A DNA stretch of 64,000 bases, from contig CM120640.1 of assembly GCA_051362555.1 (NCBI GenBank), positions 15,686,001 through 15,750,000 on the forward strand, in the 5' to 3' direction. The first letter of the stretch is position 1, and every line of letters begins with the position of its first letter. The notes under the pieces were generated by a model. The model saw only the letters and a program-made list of their open reading frames with translations. It searched no databases and had not been told where the DNA came from. Origin of the DNA: Lingula anatina. Lineage: Eukaryota > Animalia > Brachiopoda. Shown in pieces: positions 25,601 through 38,903 of this stretch. The position numbers were made by a program, and so were the translations under genes.

Positions 25601-28600
25601 GAAATAAACTCATATCATTGCAGTTTGTCAGATTCAATCATCCACTATGTTCAGAATCTCAGAATGGAGGAAATTGGACATTTAACACTGTTCTATTGAT
25701 ACTTTTCCCATCTCATCAATTTTCTTAGTTGGTCATATAAAATGGCAGTAAAATGTTTATTTTGTTTTATGTTAAAAAAGTGTTAAAAATGGAAATAAAC
25801 CCATTTCAGAACAGTGCTGTCTTGTTTACATTTTGGCATTTTCAAGGCGTGACTTTGAAGTTCCATGGGCCTGAAGACCTTTGCTAGTCACATTTTCTGA
25901 ATATCTTTGAAACAAATATTTTATAATTAAAAATTGATGGTCATTAAGCTGTTAAACATTATGTAATATTGCTTCAAAATTTGAAGAAACCCCTATTTTG
26001 GGCACTGCTTCCATGATGACCATTTAAGGAAAATCATGTCACTTACTGTTCTCAGACTTACAGGAAAGAAACATGGGACTAAAATACAGCTTCAGTAGGC
26101 AATGCAGTCTGTTTGGTATTTTTATTTATTTATTTTTTTTTTTTGGCAGTTAAACAGTTTTTTGTGAAAATTTAATTTTTCACATATTGGCATTTTCAAG
26201 GTGTGACTTTAAAGTTCCATGATCTTGAAGACTTTTGCTTGTCACATTTTCTGAATGTCCATGTTACTAATATTTTATTAATAACATTTGATTGTCATTA
26301 TGCTGTTAAACATTATGTAATGTTGCATCAAAATTTGAAGAAACCCCTATTTTGGGCACTGCTCCTATGATGACCATTTAAGGGAAATCATGTCACTTAC
26401 TGTTCTCAAACTTACAGGAAAGAAACATGGGTCTAACATACAGCTTCAATAGGCAACGCAGTCTGTTTGGTAATTTTTTCTGGCAATTTAACAGTTTTTT
26501 GTGAAAATTTAATTTTTCACTTATTTGCATCTTTATTTTCTGTTCTTTGTCTGTACATTTGACAGCTTTGCTGCCTTGTATTGCTTTGTATCTGTTATTA
26601 ATTTCATTTTTAATTTTGTTTTGTACTATTTCAGGGTCCAGGATACATGTTGGCTTATTTAGCTGTCTCTGGACTTATACTTACTAGGTTTGTGTTCTGC
26701 ATTGATGTGTTACTGCTTTTTGGTACTTGTAGGCTAAAACTTAAAAAAACACACATGAAGAACTTTAGTGTTAGTCATAATTTATTTTTCCATTTCTTGT
26801 GTATTTGTAGACACCAAAAGTCCAAAAATAATATAATAAGCAATACTTGTTACACTGGTTATGCATGTGTTTTCAGGCTTAGAAGACCTATTGGAAAAAT
26901 GACTGTGATAGAACAAAAGTATGAGGGAGAATTCCGCTATGTCAACTCTAGACTCATTACAAATAGGTTAGTATTTTTAATTATTGCAAGGGAAGACAAA
27001 AAAGAAATATTATAGAGACAGTTTTACTACTGTCTGTGCTATAAATTTGAAAAAGTTCAAAAGTTTTAAAAATACTGATGTTGCACTTTCTTATGTTTTG
27101 AACTTGGACTGTCCATTTCTGTTCCAGTGAAGAAGTAGCATTTTACCAGGGAAACAAAAGAGAAAAAGTCACAATAGAAGGAACTTTTAAGAAACTGGCA
27201 AGTATACAGCATACTGTCTGACTGCAGAAACAAAAGCTAAAAGCATGGTCAATTTGTTGCATATAAATTTACAAATACGTGCATTGTTGTATAATAATAT
27301 TGTTTAATAGCAAATATACCTTTTTCATATAACATAAGACAAAAAATATACTGTGAATTGTCTCTATTTCTTTTTTGGTTTTAGGTGGATCATTTAAGAA
27401 CACTCATAAACTTCCGGTTTAATATGGGACTGATAGACAACATAGTAGCAAAATGTGAGTGCTGAGTTTTTTAAGCCAATGTTTTTCTTTCTCCATTTAG
27501 ATATTTTAAATGATCTTCTTGGGTATTTTATATTTAAGTCCTTTATATTTTGCATTGTCAAGAGCTCATCTTGTTTATGAAAGGAATCCAAACTAAGATT
27601 TAGCATAATGTAGTCCATGGGGATGCTTAATTTTGTGTTTGTAAATATACAAAACAATTTATAAATTACAGAAATCTTTCACAGTTCACAGCACCTTGAT
27701 GTTTAAGAATTATTGTAGTAGATGATACATTTTACATTGGATAATAGGCATCAGATTTAAAATGTTGTGTATCAGTTCAGCCATATGCACAGAAGTATTT
27801 TCCAGTGAAATGGGTTTTTCATCGTCTCTTATGCGATATACCACTGATGTTAGCAGACATGGGGAAACTGTCTGTCCAACCGGTCATGACCGCCTGAAAA
27901 GTCAGACTGGCAACATTTTTGATTATGCAAGTCCACTTAATTAGCAAAGTTTATGTGAAAATGCAATAAATAAAAATAAATCATAGGCTAATGGAAATAA
28001 AACACCAGCTCAGACAAGCACATAATTAGGACCTACAGATTCCTTGTGGTGCAGGTTCTTCGTTTCTTCACTAACTCTTAAGTTTTCCCCATCTCTGATG
28101 CTGGTAAAAAATTAATCATCTCAAAAAAAAAACTTAATTTATTTTCATCTACAGGGCATGATGTTGTGCACCTTCATCAAATAATTTTGGTCATATTTGT
28201 TTATTCTTTGATTGTAAAATTATTGGTTACAGACATTGCCACTTTGGTGGGATATCTGGTCGTAAGCCGTCCCTTCCTTGACCTGGCAAACCCTAGACAC
28301 TTACATACCTCACACAGTGAGAGGCTAGAGGTGAGAAGAGTCCAGAGCATTTGATCAAATGAAATACAGCTCATGTCATCTAAAATAACTTTTGGTCAAT
28401 GGAAAACTAATAATGGATTGGTAATGATTTTAATTAAGTTGTTTTAAATGGCAATATTATTCAAAACTGAAATTGGTCCTCGTTTAATAGTGAAAAAAGT
28501 ATCATTAAAAATAGACATACAGCCTATTTGTTGTGCTTTAGGACTACTACAAGTCTGGCAGGATGTTGGTCAGAATGGCAGAAGCTATTGGAAGAGTTAT

Positions 28601-30182
28601 CCTTGCTGGCAGGGAAATGACCAGACTGGCTGGGTAAAATTCTCTCTCTTGTTCTAGAGTTACCTGTTTGCTAAAAACATAACCCCCCAGGGTAAAAACT
28701 AATTGGCACAATTGTATCTATGCTGTCAGCTTTTATCCTGGATAGAGAGGAAATATCAATAAAATAAAAACTGTGATAGATCATAACAGAGCAGTTAACT
28801 CTGGAATTGCATCTGTTTAAGTCTTGTACTTTGACCGTTGGTCACTTGCAGGTTCACATCAAGGGTGACAGACCTGATGAAGGTCCTGGATGACCTGAAC
28901 AAAGGGCAGTACCAGAGAACCATGGTGTCCAGTCAACAGAATGCTGAAGGTACGTAGAATGGAAAGCTGCTCCGCTTTCAGGGTGATAGTGCTGTCATCA
29001 GGCACTTGCTAGTAGGTATAAATGTGTCTGTAAAGAGTTTTGCTTGTATAACTATAGATTCTCTGTTTCAATGAGGAAAAGGAAAAAACTCTGTGTTGTT
29101 GAATTTTCATGGCCTGAAATTGTATGTTCTACTGTTTACTTCAGGTGAAAAACCCTCAGTGCCACTGATCCCAGGAAGTGGAAGGGTTTGCTACCAGGAC
29201 TACATTATCAAGTAGGTGATTATACTGAATGCTGCTACTTCTGCACTATGTATGCTGCAATGTGTTGTATACCGTGCATTATTCATATTACAGAAAGTAG
29301 TTTTCCTTTCCAGGGTGCAAAATATTTCAGTATCATGTTTGCTTTGTGTATTTTGGAATCTGCCAACTTTTTATGGAATCCTTTTCTGTATTTACTATTC
29401 AGGCCTGTATGTAGCTAGTCATGATCAAATTTAAAATTGGGTTCCAGTTTTGAAAAAGTTGATCTTTTCACCTCCTTACTTTCTTTTGAACCTCCCAAAC
29501 TTCATAACTCATGCACTATTCAGGGCACAAATAGCTTTCCTTATGCAAGCTACCAATACGGGAAGATTTGTAAACCTTTTAATTGTCATATCATTATGTT
29601 AGTAAGTGCCATAGTTGACCAAACACCTTCTGTATTGATAGTTCTCGATAAATAAAAAAGCAAATATTTAGCCTTGTTCAGTTTCATTCCATGCCTGTCT
29701 TATGGTTTTTAAAATATTAAAATATGTGTAATAAATATATTTTCATGCTGTCATTCTGCTTTCAGATTTGAATCTGTCCCTTTGGTTACCCCCAATGGTG
29801 ATGTCCTTATCAAGGAGATGAACTTTGAGGTCAAGTCTGGGATCAATGTGCTAGTGTGTGGCCCCAATGGATGTGGAAAGAGTTCTCTATTCAGAATACT
29901 TGGAGAGGTAAACAATAACCCATTCAGCTAGTATACTCAAAGCTAGCGTGGTCAATCAGAAACAGAAAGTGAAGGATTGAAAAGGTTGAAAATAACCTTC
30001 AGTGCTTTTTGAACAAACGAAACGGTTTCTAAGCTGTCGGCTGTTTAATATGCAATATGTAGTTTAGATCTTACTTTAAGTACTGAATGGATTCGACTAT
30101 GTTATATGAATTTTTTTTTTTGCTTCATTTTAATAGTATGTAAATAGTTTCTATTTTGCAGTTGCAAATTTTAATTTATGAA

Positions 30183-30224
<42 letters not shown>

Positions 30225-32169
30225 TTGAAACAATGATAATTTTTTCAGCTTTGGCCACTATTTGGTGGTACAATGACCAAGCCTGACAAAACCAAACTCT
30301 TCTACATCCCACAGGTGAGGGACAACTTTTTGGGAATATCAAATAACATGCATAATTATTCTTTTTAATGTGAATAAATTACAATATTTAAGATGGTGTG
30401 GTAAAAAAGTACACAGTTATTCGTTATTATCAAAAAAATTATTTAGATGATGTTGTAAAAGAAGTACATAGTTATTCTTTGTCACCTTAAAATTTATTAG
30501 GGTGATGTTAAATTGAGCAGATGTCACTTCAAACAAGTATGAAAAATATATGTAAGTTACAATTCAGAAGGTATTCACAATATATTTCTGTGCTTCACAA
30601 TTTTACAGAGACCATACATGACATTAGGTACTTTGCGAGACCAGGTCATCTACCCAGACACCAAGCAGGACATGATTGATAAAGGTGTCATTGACAAGGA
30701 CCTAGATCATTTCATGGAAAAGGTAAGAATTTAATATAGATGTTCTTCTTACAAACTCAGATATATGATATTAATTATTATGATATATGGTGTAATGATT
30801 AATTATTGGTTTTGTGCAGTATCCATGTTACGGTACTTTTGTTTATTTTTACATTAAATTGGTGAATAGAAATAGGGAAAAATATTGTTAATTGTAAACA
30901 TTTTACAAACCTTTTAATCAGTCACAAAGATCATATATTCATATCTTCAAAATGACCTTATTTAATCACTACTTAAAACATACTCAAACTTACTTTATTT
31001 TGAATATTTTACCAATACATCATTATACATGACTTCCCCAGACTACTTTGTTCATAATATTTTGTCAGTATTTGATTCTTCCATACTTTATTACTCTGCA
31101 TATTTGATCAATGTCTGGCTTTTAATTCATCATGCAGGTTCAGCTTTCTTACATTGCTGAGAGAGAAGGAAATTGGGACTCTATACAAGACTGGATGGAT
31201 GTACTTAGTGGGGGAGAGAAACAACGAGTTGCAGTATGTAGACTTCTGGTCATATACTATAATTAATTAAGGATAGAACAGATATCATCTTTATTAAGAG
31301 ATTAACCTTCTGTAGTTAAGCTAGCACGTAAAAATTTCAGTTGCCTGTTTTCAGTGTTCTGGAGTGAATTTCACAATGTCATTGATCAAATGAATTCTTT
31401 TCTCTGATATAGTGAAGAATGGAAGAAAAATTAATTTTGAACATTTTGTTAAGTAGTTCATCCCTAACATTTTATTCCTTTTGATGGCCAACTTTTTTTC
31501 TTCTTCAGATGGCTAGATTGTTTTACCATAAACCCCAGTTTGCTATCTTGGATGAGTGTACTAGTGCAGTGAGTGTAGACGTGGAAGGATTCATGTACCA
31601 GCACTGTAGGGAGGTAAGTAATGCTGTATTTATATCAGACTTTTCTGAAATTATCTGAAGTTTAGCAGTGAATCCTTTATCTGTTTAATAACTAGCCTTG
31701 GAAGCTGTGTTGTTAGAAAGAGGAAATGAACTGGAAATAAATGATAGCAAGTTCTTGCAATGAAATGAGAAGGTAATAATGTGTATATCCAGGGAGTTCA
31801 GAACTTAACAACAATTTTGTGTTCCAGGTTGGCATCAGTCTTTTTACAGTGTCTCATAGGAAGTCACTATGGAAGCATCATGAGGTAAGGCACATGCTTT
31901 TTTCATTAAACAAATTATTAGATGACTTTTCGGTCAGTTACACACACACACACACACACACACACCATCATCACCAATTCCTGGAAAAAAACTTCCATTT
32001 ATGTATCTATCTCGATATAGAAAAGCAGTTAAATATTTAAATATTTTTTTGTTATTAATTTCTAAATTGGTTTTCTTCTTATATATTTCAGTACTATCTA
32101 CATATGGATGGTCGTGGAAGTTATGAATATAAACCAATAACTCCAGAAACCACAGAATTTGGGTCTTAA
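19672..32169 (+). CDS. ABCD3: Peroxisomal ABC half-transporter ABCD3/PMP70, ~24 exons starting at about 19672, 20411, 20699, 21243, 23606, 23864, 24103, 24405, 24699, 26635, 26877, 27128, 27385, 28233, 28542, 28852, 29145, 29766, 30249, 30609, 31138, 31509, 31828, 32092
   Basis: Motifs [46 protein letters not shown] (EAA motif), Walker [10 protein letters not shown], signature LSGGEKQR, Walker [10 protein letters not shown] and C-terminal EFGS*. Splice phases checked were consistent. Confidence 0.96.
21620..23480 (+). mobile_element. Non-autonomous Helentron-type element (HINE/pearl-like), copy A, in ABCD3 intron
   Basis: In order: T-run; 5' palindrome TATGTACAGACACA-GA-TGTGTCTGTACATA; (GTCGCC)n microsatellite; three full plus one diverged 161-bp repeats; a ~354-bp dimer; 3' subTIR TGTCTGTACAT; hairpin CAGC-TTT-GCTG; T-run. 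Confidence 0.88.
24875..26579 (+). mobile_element. HINE-like element, copy B, in ABCD3 intron
   Basis: Nearly identical to copy A but with one fewer 161-bp monomer. Confidence 0.88.
30183..30223. repeat. (ATT)n microsatellite
   Basis: Directly visible. Confidence 0.9.
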
Positions 32170-33727
32170 CTAAGACCAGTGAGATTGGATAATGTGAATT
32201 AAATTGTCTCAAAACTTCACTGTAATTATGCGATAAAGTATGTCATCAGTTGAAGAGCATATTACAGTTCAATCTTGAACACCAGTAATATTAAACAAAT
32301 TAAATTTTGATGGATTTTTTTTGCTCAGATTTTGCTACATTTGCTCTTCTCAATTTCAGAAATGTCTGCATAAAAATAAAATTTGAAAAGCTTAAATCTT
32401 GATGTTGCACAGACTGATAAAAGATTAGTTATGTCCATAAAAATTTAACAACGTATATAGAAAATTGCCAAGATACATCTGGTTGGCATTGTGCTAATAT
32501 TTGTTTCACCAATTTTTATGTACTTTGACTGGTAAGGATATTTAGAGGCTAATACAGTTCATTCCAGATTTATGTTCACTTGGGTTATTTTTGATAATAT
32601 AATTTTGTTTTTATCAACTATCTTTGCATTTCAATAATGACAATATGGCAATTTCTCTCTCTTTTGTACACTTGTTTGCTACCAAAACTAGGCAAATTTC
32701 ATTCATGCAGGCCCACAAAGTCCATGCTATTATTTTTATTTTCTAATGCTTGCTTGTTAACATACCAAGTTTTAGAATCAGCATAAGATTGTACTAATTT
32801 TAGATGTAACACCTTTTTTGTGGGCCAATACTTAGAATTATTTATTTAAAGAGTCCATTTTTGACAGAAAATGTTATGGAGTGGAATTGGTAAGATTTTA
32901 TACAAGATGTACATATCATGTACAGTATTGGATAAATTGGCAATGAATTTTGGCCAGTTATTAGTCATGTTTATTAAGTCTAACAAATAATGAAAATTGT
33001 ATATAAGATGTTTAAAGCCAGTTTGATAACCTTAATGTACAGAAGACCTAAAATTATGTAAATCAAGTCAGTTATGAATTGCTGTGATGAATAATCTCTT
33101 CAAAGTGAAGTTTGTGGACTGAAATGATTTGAAAACAAAATTTTATCAAATTATGCCAATAAAGAAAAACAGATTATCATAAATTTGTTTTAATAATAAT
33201 TTCTTTCTTGATTATAATAGCCATAGTTGACTGTTGAAAATTGAGAAAATGTACCTTCACCTACTTTCTGTAAAAATCTGCATGTGAAAGATCAAATGCA
33301 CTGTTGCTTCAAATGCTGAAGTGAAAAAGAGATCTATTAAGAGAATGATGGGCAGTTACATCATGAAAAAGACTATTGGCTTATTTTGGCACCTTTGGAC
33401 CAGGTTCATCCACCAGCCATTTTTTACTTGAAATTGGAAGGAAGGGAATGGAAATGTATCCACAGGTTCTGTCATATAACAAGTAAAATTACTTTTGAAT
33501 GTTCTTAACTTAAAGGATACACAAATGGAATGTCATTTTCTTTTGCTCAGATAAGAGATTATCAGCTGTTTTAAAATAAGTTTACATGCTAGCGAAAACC
33601 TTTGTATAAAAAAATTACACATTTATGCATGCGCAGGAAATGGGATGTGCACTATGGTGTTCTGAAAATCCAGAACACGAAAAAATTTTCAAAAGCTTAA
33701 ATTTTGAAACAACTCTGACAAAATATT

Positions 33728-36348
33728 TTACTCTGCTGTTGGCCAGTTCAGCAAGTATAGTGCCAGCTGTTTGGGTATTGGTAGCTGCATCACTTTGTTT
33801 ATGGGCACATTTTGCAGAATAGCTATTTTACACAAATGTTGCAGATTCAGTGTGGTCGGCAACAGCCACAGTCTTATCATTCCATCTGTTGATGAAGTTG
33901 CCATGTGCTTTCCAGCACAACTGAAGCTCATCCTGACAATAGTTGGATACAGGCCAATGTAAAAACCCACACTCCGTGGCCCTGCATTCTCACGGTCTTC
34001 CAGTTTGTACAGCAGTGTAGCATTATCACAGTTAAACATGTGCACAGTTGCCTCAGAGGTAGCAACTGCCAGCAAGGTGCCATCCTTGTTGTAACTCACA
34101 CAATCAATGGTGCCTGTTACATCCTTAGAGTCCACAGCAACTTCTGTTATCACAGATTTCTTGTTTATGTTGATAGTGTAGAGAAAATTATCAGTTGTTG
34201 CTATGGCCAGGTGGGAATGACGGTAACGGGGATCAAAATCAAAAGACCTTGCATTGTTTATGGTACACACAGGTAATTCTAAGTCATCATGGAGGCAAAA
34301 TTTGAGTTTGAGAGCTTTCCGTGTCACAACAAACAACAACCCAAATGAACCTGCAACTGCAATACAGCTACTGTCTGGGGACCATTTACACTCTACCTCT
34401 TCAGTGTATCTCCTGGTCCCAACAAACCCCTTACATATATGGTGACATATTGCGGTATCTATGGAAATGATCAGGTCATCAGAGCTGAGTAAAGACACAC
34501 CAAGCTCAAACATGGTAGATGTCCTAGCAATGCTGGCAATAAGGAGGCCATTTGGGGACATTGTGCAATAGTGGAAACTGGAGACCGTCCCATTTCTACT
34601 CTTTGTCCTCAATGCAAGAGTTTCTATGTCCATGAGAGACATATTCCCTGCTCCTAGGAAAAGAATACTTCTGCCATTGGGTGTTGGTACTACTCTTGGG
34701 TTTGCCCGGGACTTGCTGTGTTTCAACACAGAAACTCCTAAAATGATGAATCATTATAAATAAATAAATGCTGACAATGACATAAAGAATCAATTAAATT
34801 ATATATAATTGGCCTTAATAGATAAAAAATAAATAAATTGGCCATGAAAAAAATTATCACATATGCCCATCCAATGTTGTACAGTACCTAACAACTATGA
34901 TATACCTAACAACTATGATATACTTTAGATATTAGCTGAATAAATCATTATTATCATACAAGCATATTCCAAATCAATGCTATATCTTAAAACCATGACA
35001 TGCTGAATCACACATCTTCATTTTGGGGTCTGCCATATAGATAAACGACCTTATAAAATATTCATCCCAATAGATACTGTACGTCTCTATACATACATGT
35101 CTCAATAGATTTACTTCTCGTTAATTTACGTTCCGATAGATCCACCAACAGATTCCCATAAACCCATGTAACTTTAGATCCAGGTACTGCTAGATCCATC
35201 TATCTGACATCGTAATCGGCTAAAATGCCGATATCAACTTGGGATACAGGTATGAGGCTTTCGAGTGATAGTCTGACTGCGAGTACTGACCCACTTAGTG
35301 ATCTGACTTAATTACTACCTGATATTTATTACCTTAAAGGTATGGTAAGCTCTAAAAAAGGCGCAAATTCCCTTAGAAAATGAATTTCACCCGGACAAAC
35401 TGTATTTTTCCTGGACTTAATTTTACCAGTCCATTTTTTGTTCTAAATCATCAATCCAAACTATCCAAAAGCAGTTTGAGTTTCTTACGAGGTCTTAAGA
35501 TACTATGATCAGAATTCATATTCTCCCAACCTACACATTACTTAAATTAGGTAAAAGTTATGAATTAATTGCATTTCCAAACAACCTATGTTGTTTACAA
35601 GGGCCCGTTGGAAGTGGGGGGAGGGGGCTGCAGCCAATAATTTGCTCGTGTATCTTCCCCTGGCTTTCGCTACCCTTGCTCGCACAGCCTCCCCCCCCCT
35701 TTTTTTTCCGTTTTCCTTTATGTATCTATCAGTAACGGGATTATAGTGACGTGTAATATTTTGGGATTAAATTTTATCCACATGTCCCCTTCATTTCATC
35801 TACACATACCTATCCTCTCACTGAGCTTCCAATGTGCAATCAATCCCTCCACAAGGTTACTGGCAAGCAAAGGTGTACGCCCTGGCCTTGGGAGGAAAGC
35901 AGTGTGGTTGGTGACAAGTTCATCATCCTTGTAGGGAATAAATTGACCGTCAGGCCACAATATTACATCATCACCAGCATTGGAAACTGCCTTCTGCAAA
36001 TCTGAACATAAAAGTGCTTTGTGAGAATATTTCAAAGATTCACGCAGTTAATCAGTAAAAACTGCTCCATAAATTGAAGAAGTGAGTTTATGTATATGAT
36101 AAATGCAATCAATTAGATATAATGTTTAATGTAAACATCTCTTACATGCATAACATGTACATGTATAAGGTCATTGTGACTGATAATCACAGCGTCAACT
36201 CACTAGGTTTGGGAGGTAATGCTTTAAACATCTTTACAACTTTCCCTGGAATCCCTCGCCAACATAATGGAAAGGGCTTTAATGTCCAACTTGGGGCATC
36301 TATTTTGCCCTCTAATTCATCCAACTTCAAACTTTGCACATTCCCCAT
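33728..36348 (-). CDS. WD40-repeat and SOCS-box protein (WSB-like), paralogue 1, ~448 aa; coding exons 36348-36204, 36001-35810, 34737-33728
   Basis: Starts MGNVQS. WD40 signatures CKWSPDSSCIA, FDFDPR, CVSYNKDGTLLAVA and SFSCAGKHMATSSTDGMIRLW. C-terminal SOCS box LQHLCKIAI...LPIPKQLALYL. Both phase-1 GT-AG introns join in frame. Confidence 0.88.
35024..35788. mobile_element. 765-bp segment present only in the paralogue 1 intron, flanked by 8-bp direct repeat CTTCATTT
   Basis: The paralogue 2 intron has a single CTTCATTT at the equivalent site (~41071). Confidence 0.6.
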
Positions 36349-36902
36349 GACCTGAAAAAAAGTTTTGTCCTGTTAGGCTTATTTCAAATGGCTTTTCATT
36401 ATAAGCCATTCATTTGTGTTTTAGGAATAAAGGCAACACTGCACTAAGGCTACAGCGAGTATGAAACTATACTATTATTACACAAGCTGATTAACTTAAC
36501 TTATACTAGTACAACGTGGCTTGTAAGTGCAACTTGGTTGCATAAAAATTAAAAACCAAAGTCGACGCTCCAAAATGTCATTATGTGTAACCGGGAAAAA
36601 ACTCGCCGAATTGTCTGTATGTTTCATTCTAAGGTCTTGCGTGTGTATGCCATGCATGCAAATTTACGCACTGTGGCATAACTGCCAATTCCTCACCTTG
36701 AAAAAAATCTTTAAATTGTTTACATTTCAGCAATATTTTTCTTTGAGGTCAGTGCTACTATGGGAAGATAATAACCATCGACGTCGCTTGCGTGCAAGAT
36801 AGGACTATTCAAAGCGGTTAATATCTTATCGCTAACCGATGCTTCCAAAGTTCGATGCTTCCAAAATTGAGTTAAACAGTTTTAAAATAGTCTTAAGTAA
36901 AT

Positions 36903-37405
36903 GTGTCATTTCCAGGAGATTATGTCGTATTTTAAAGATTTTGATTCCAACCTGGGTCTCTACTGAAGCTGGCTAGATGGTGCTGGTACATGTAGCTTTG
37001 GCCCTAGTATGTCGCACTTACTGTGATGTCTACTTCATTTTAATTATATAACTGTATGAAAATAGTTTTGATTTTGCTGTTGAGTTTCAGATTTGATTTA
37101 TTAAATTCTTTTTCTTGAAACAATGACTTTTTTTAGCTTTGGCCACTTTTTGGTGGTACAATGACCAAGTCTGACAAAACCAAACTCTTTTACATCCCAC
37201 AGGTGAGAGCTAGGCAACTTTTAGGGAGTATCAAATAGCATGCATAATTATTCTTTTCAATGTGAGTACATTATAATGTTTGAGATGGTGTTGTTACAAA
37301 GTACACAGTTATCCTTTGTCATCAAAAAATTTATTTAGATGTTTTTAAAAAAGTATAGGGAGGTAAGTAATGGGGCTATATTTATATAAGACTTCCCTGC
37401 AGTTA
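36903..37405 (+). pseudogene. Collapsed ABCD3 remnants: exon 4, exon 19 with flanking introns, and the end of exon 22
   Basis: 36903-37030 matches ~21230-21351 and has a TAC>TAG stop. 37031-37355 matches ~30121-30470. 37357-37405 matches ~31607-31655. Confidence 0.9.
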
Positions 37406-37419
37406 TTTCTTATCCGATC

Positions 37420-38903
37420 AAAAAGCAGGAAATAACTATGCACAAAATAGGCTACTGTCAATTCTGATGCAAAAGTACATTATGTTAAACTGTAAATTCA
37501 ACATCAAATTTTAATTATGCTCAACAGGTAATACCAATGAAAGTAAAATGTGTAACAAGCATAAGGCTTCAGGCCCATGAGAGTTCAAGTTCACACTTTG
37601 AAAATGTATAACTTCCAGAAAAAGAAGCCAATTAGACTGCTTTTCCAACTCAGGCTACATGCCGATTTTCGAACTTGACCTCCGTTTTAGTAAGATTGAT
37701 TACTCCTGAGAGTTTCACGACAACAGGCCTAGCGGTTTTCCTTGAAATGTGTTTACAGTGTTGCATATATGTTGAAAAGTGAAAGAAAAAAGCATAACTT
37801 CTACAATAATGGCCTGATCATCCTGATTTTCGAACTTGACCTGCGTTTTATGAATATTCATCAGCTCTTTAAATATAAAGCCCATAAGTAAAACTGCCTT
37901 CCACTTATCGTGTTAACAATGAAAGTGCAAGGTGCCAGCAACGGCGATGACGGCTACGACAGACGCAGGTGATGGCAATATGTACAGACACATCTGTACA
38001 TATTTACTGTACTGTTTGAGAACAGTAAGTGACATGGTTTTTCTTAAATGGTCATCATGGGAGCAGTGCCCAAAATAGGTTTTTTTCAAATGTTGATGCA
38101 ATATTACATAATGTTTAACAGCATGATGACCATCAATTTTTAATAATAAAATATTAGTATCATGGATATTCAGAAAATGTGACTAGCAAAGGTCTTCAGG
38201 CCCATGGAACTTCAAAGTCACAACTTGAAAATGCCAAAATGTAAACAAGACAGCACTGTTCTGAAATGTTTTTTTTCCATTTTTAACAATTTTTAACATA
38301 AAACAAAATTAACAGTTTACTGCCATTTTTATATCATCAACTAAGAAAATTGATGAGATGGGAAAAATATCAACAGAGCAGTGTTAAATGTCCAATTTCT
38401 TCCATTCTGAGATTCTGAACATAGTGAATGATTGAATCTGACAAACTGCAATGATATGAGTTTATTTCCATTTTTGAAACTTTATTACACAATACACGAT
38501 AACAAGTTTACCATTATTTTTACAAAATCAACTAACAATGTTGTAAAGATGCAGGAAATGTCAAACAAACACTTTTACGTATCTTATTAGTTTAATAATG
38601 AGACTGTTAAATGCCTAAGAATTGAATCTGAGGAAATGTGAAAAATATGCTGAAAAGTGAAAAAACAGCTTAACTTCTACAATAATGGCCCGATCATGCT
38701 GATTTTCGAACTTGACCTGCGTTTAATGAATATTCATCAGCTCTGTAAATATAAAGCCAAAAAGTAAAACTGCCCTCCACTTATCGTGTTTACAAGGAAA
38801 GTGCATGGCGCCGGCATCGGCATCGGCATCGCCATCGCCATCGGCGACGACAGACGCAGGTGATGGCAATATGTACAGACACATCTGTGTCTGTACATAA
38901 AAA
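37420..38903 (-). mobile_element. Composite HINE-like element C with two 5' heads (~37998 and ~38898) and no 3' hairpin
   Basis: Same palindrome head, (GGCATC/GGCGAC)n tract and 161-bp repeat family. Its 3' module matches copy D. Confidence 0.82.

Noticed and set aside
33771-34445. Plus-strand ORFs conserved between the duplicates (also 39785-40492)
   Set aside because: They are antisense shadows of the WD40-SOCS coding exon, conserved only through the duplication.
36527-36802. Plus-strand 91/95-aa ORFs shared by both duplicates
   Set aside because: They have non-ATG starts and indel-disrupted 5' halves, and overlap the minus-strand non-coding exon.
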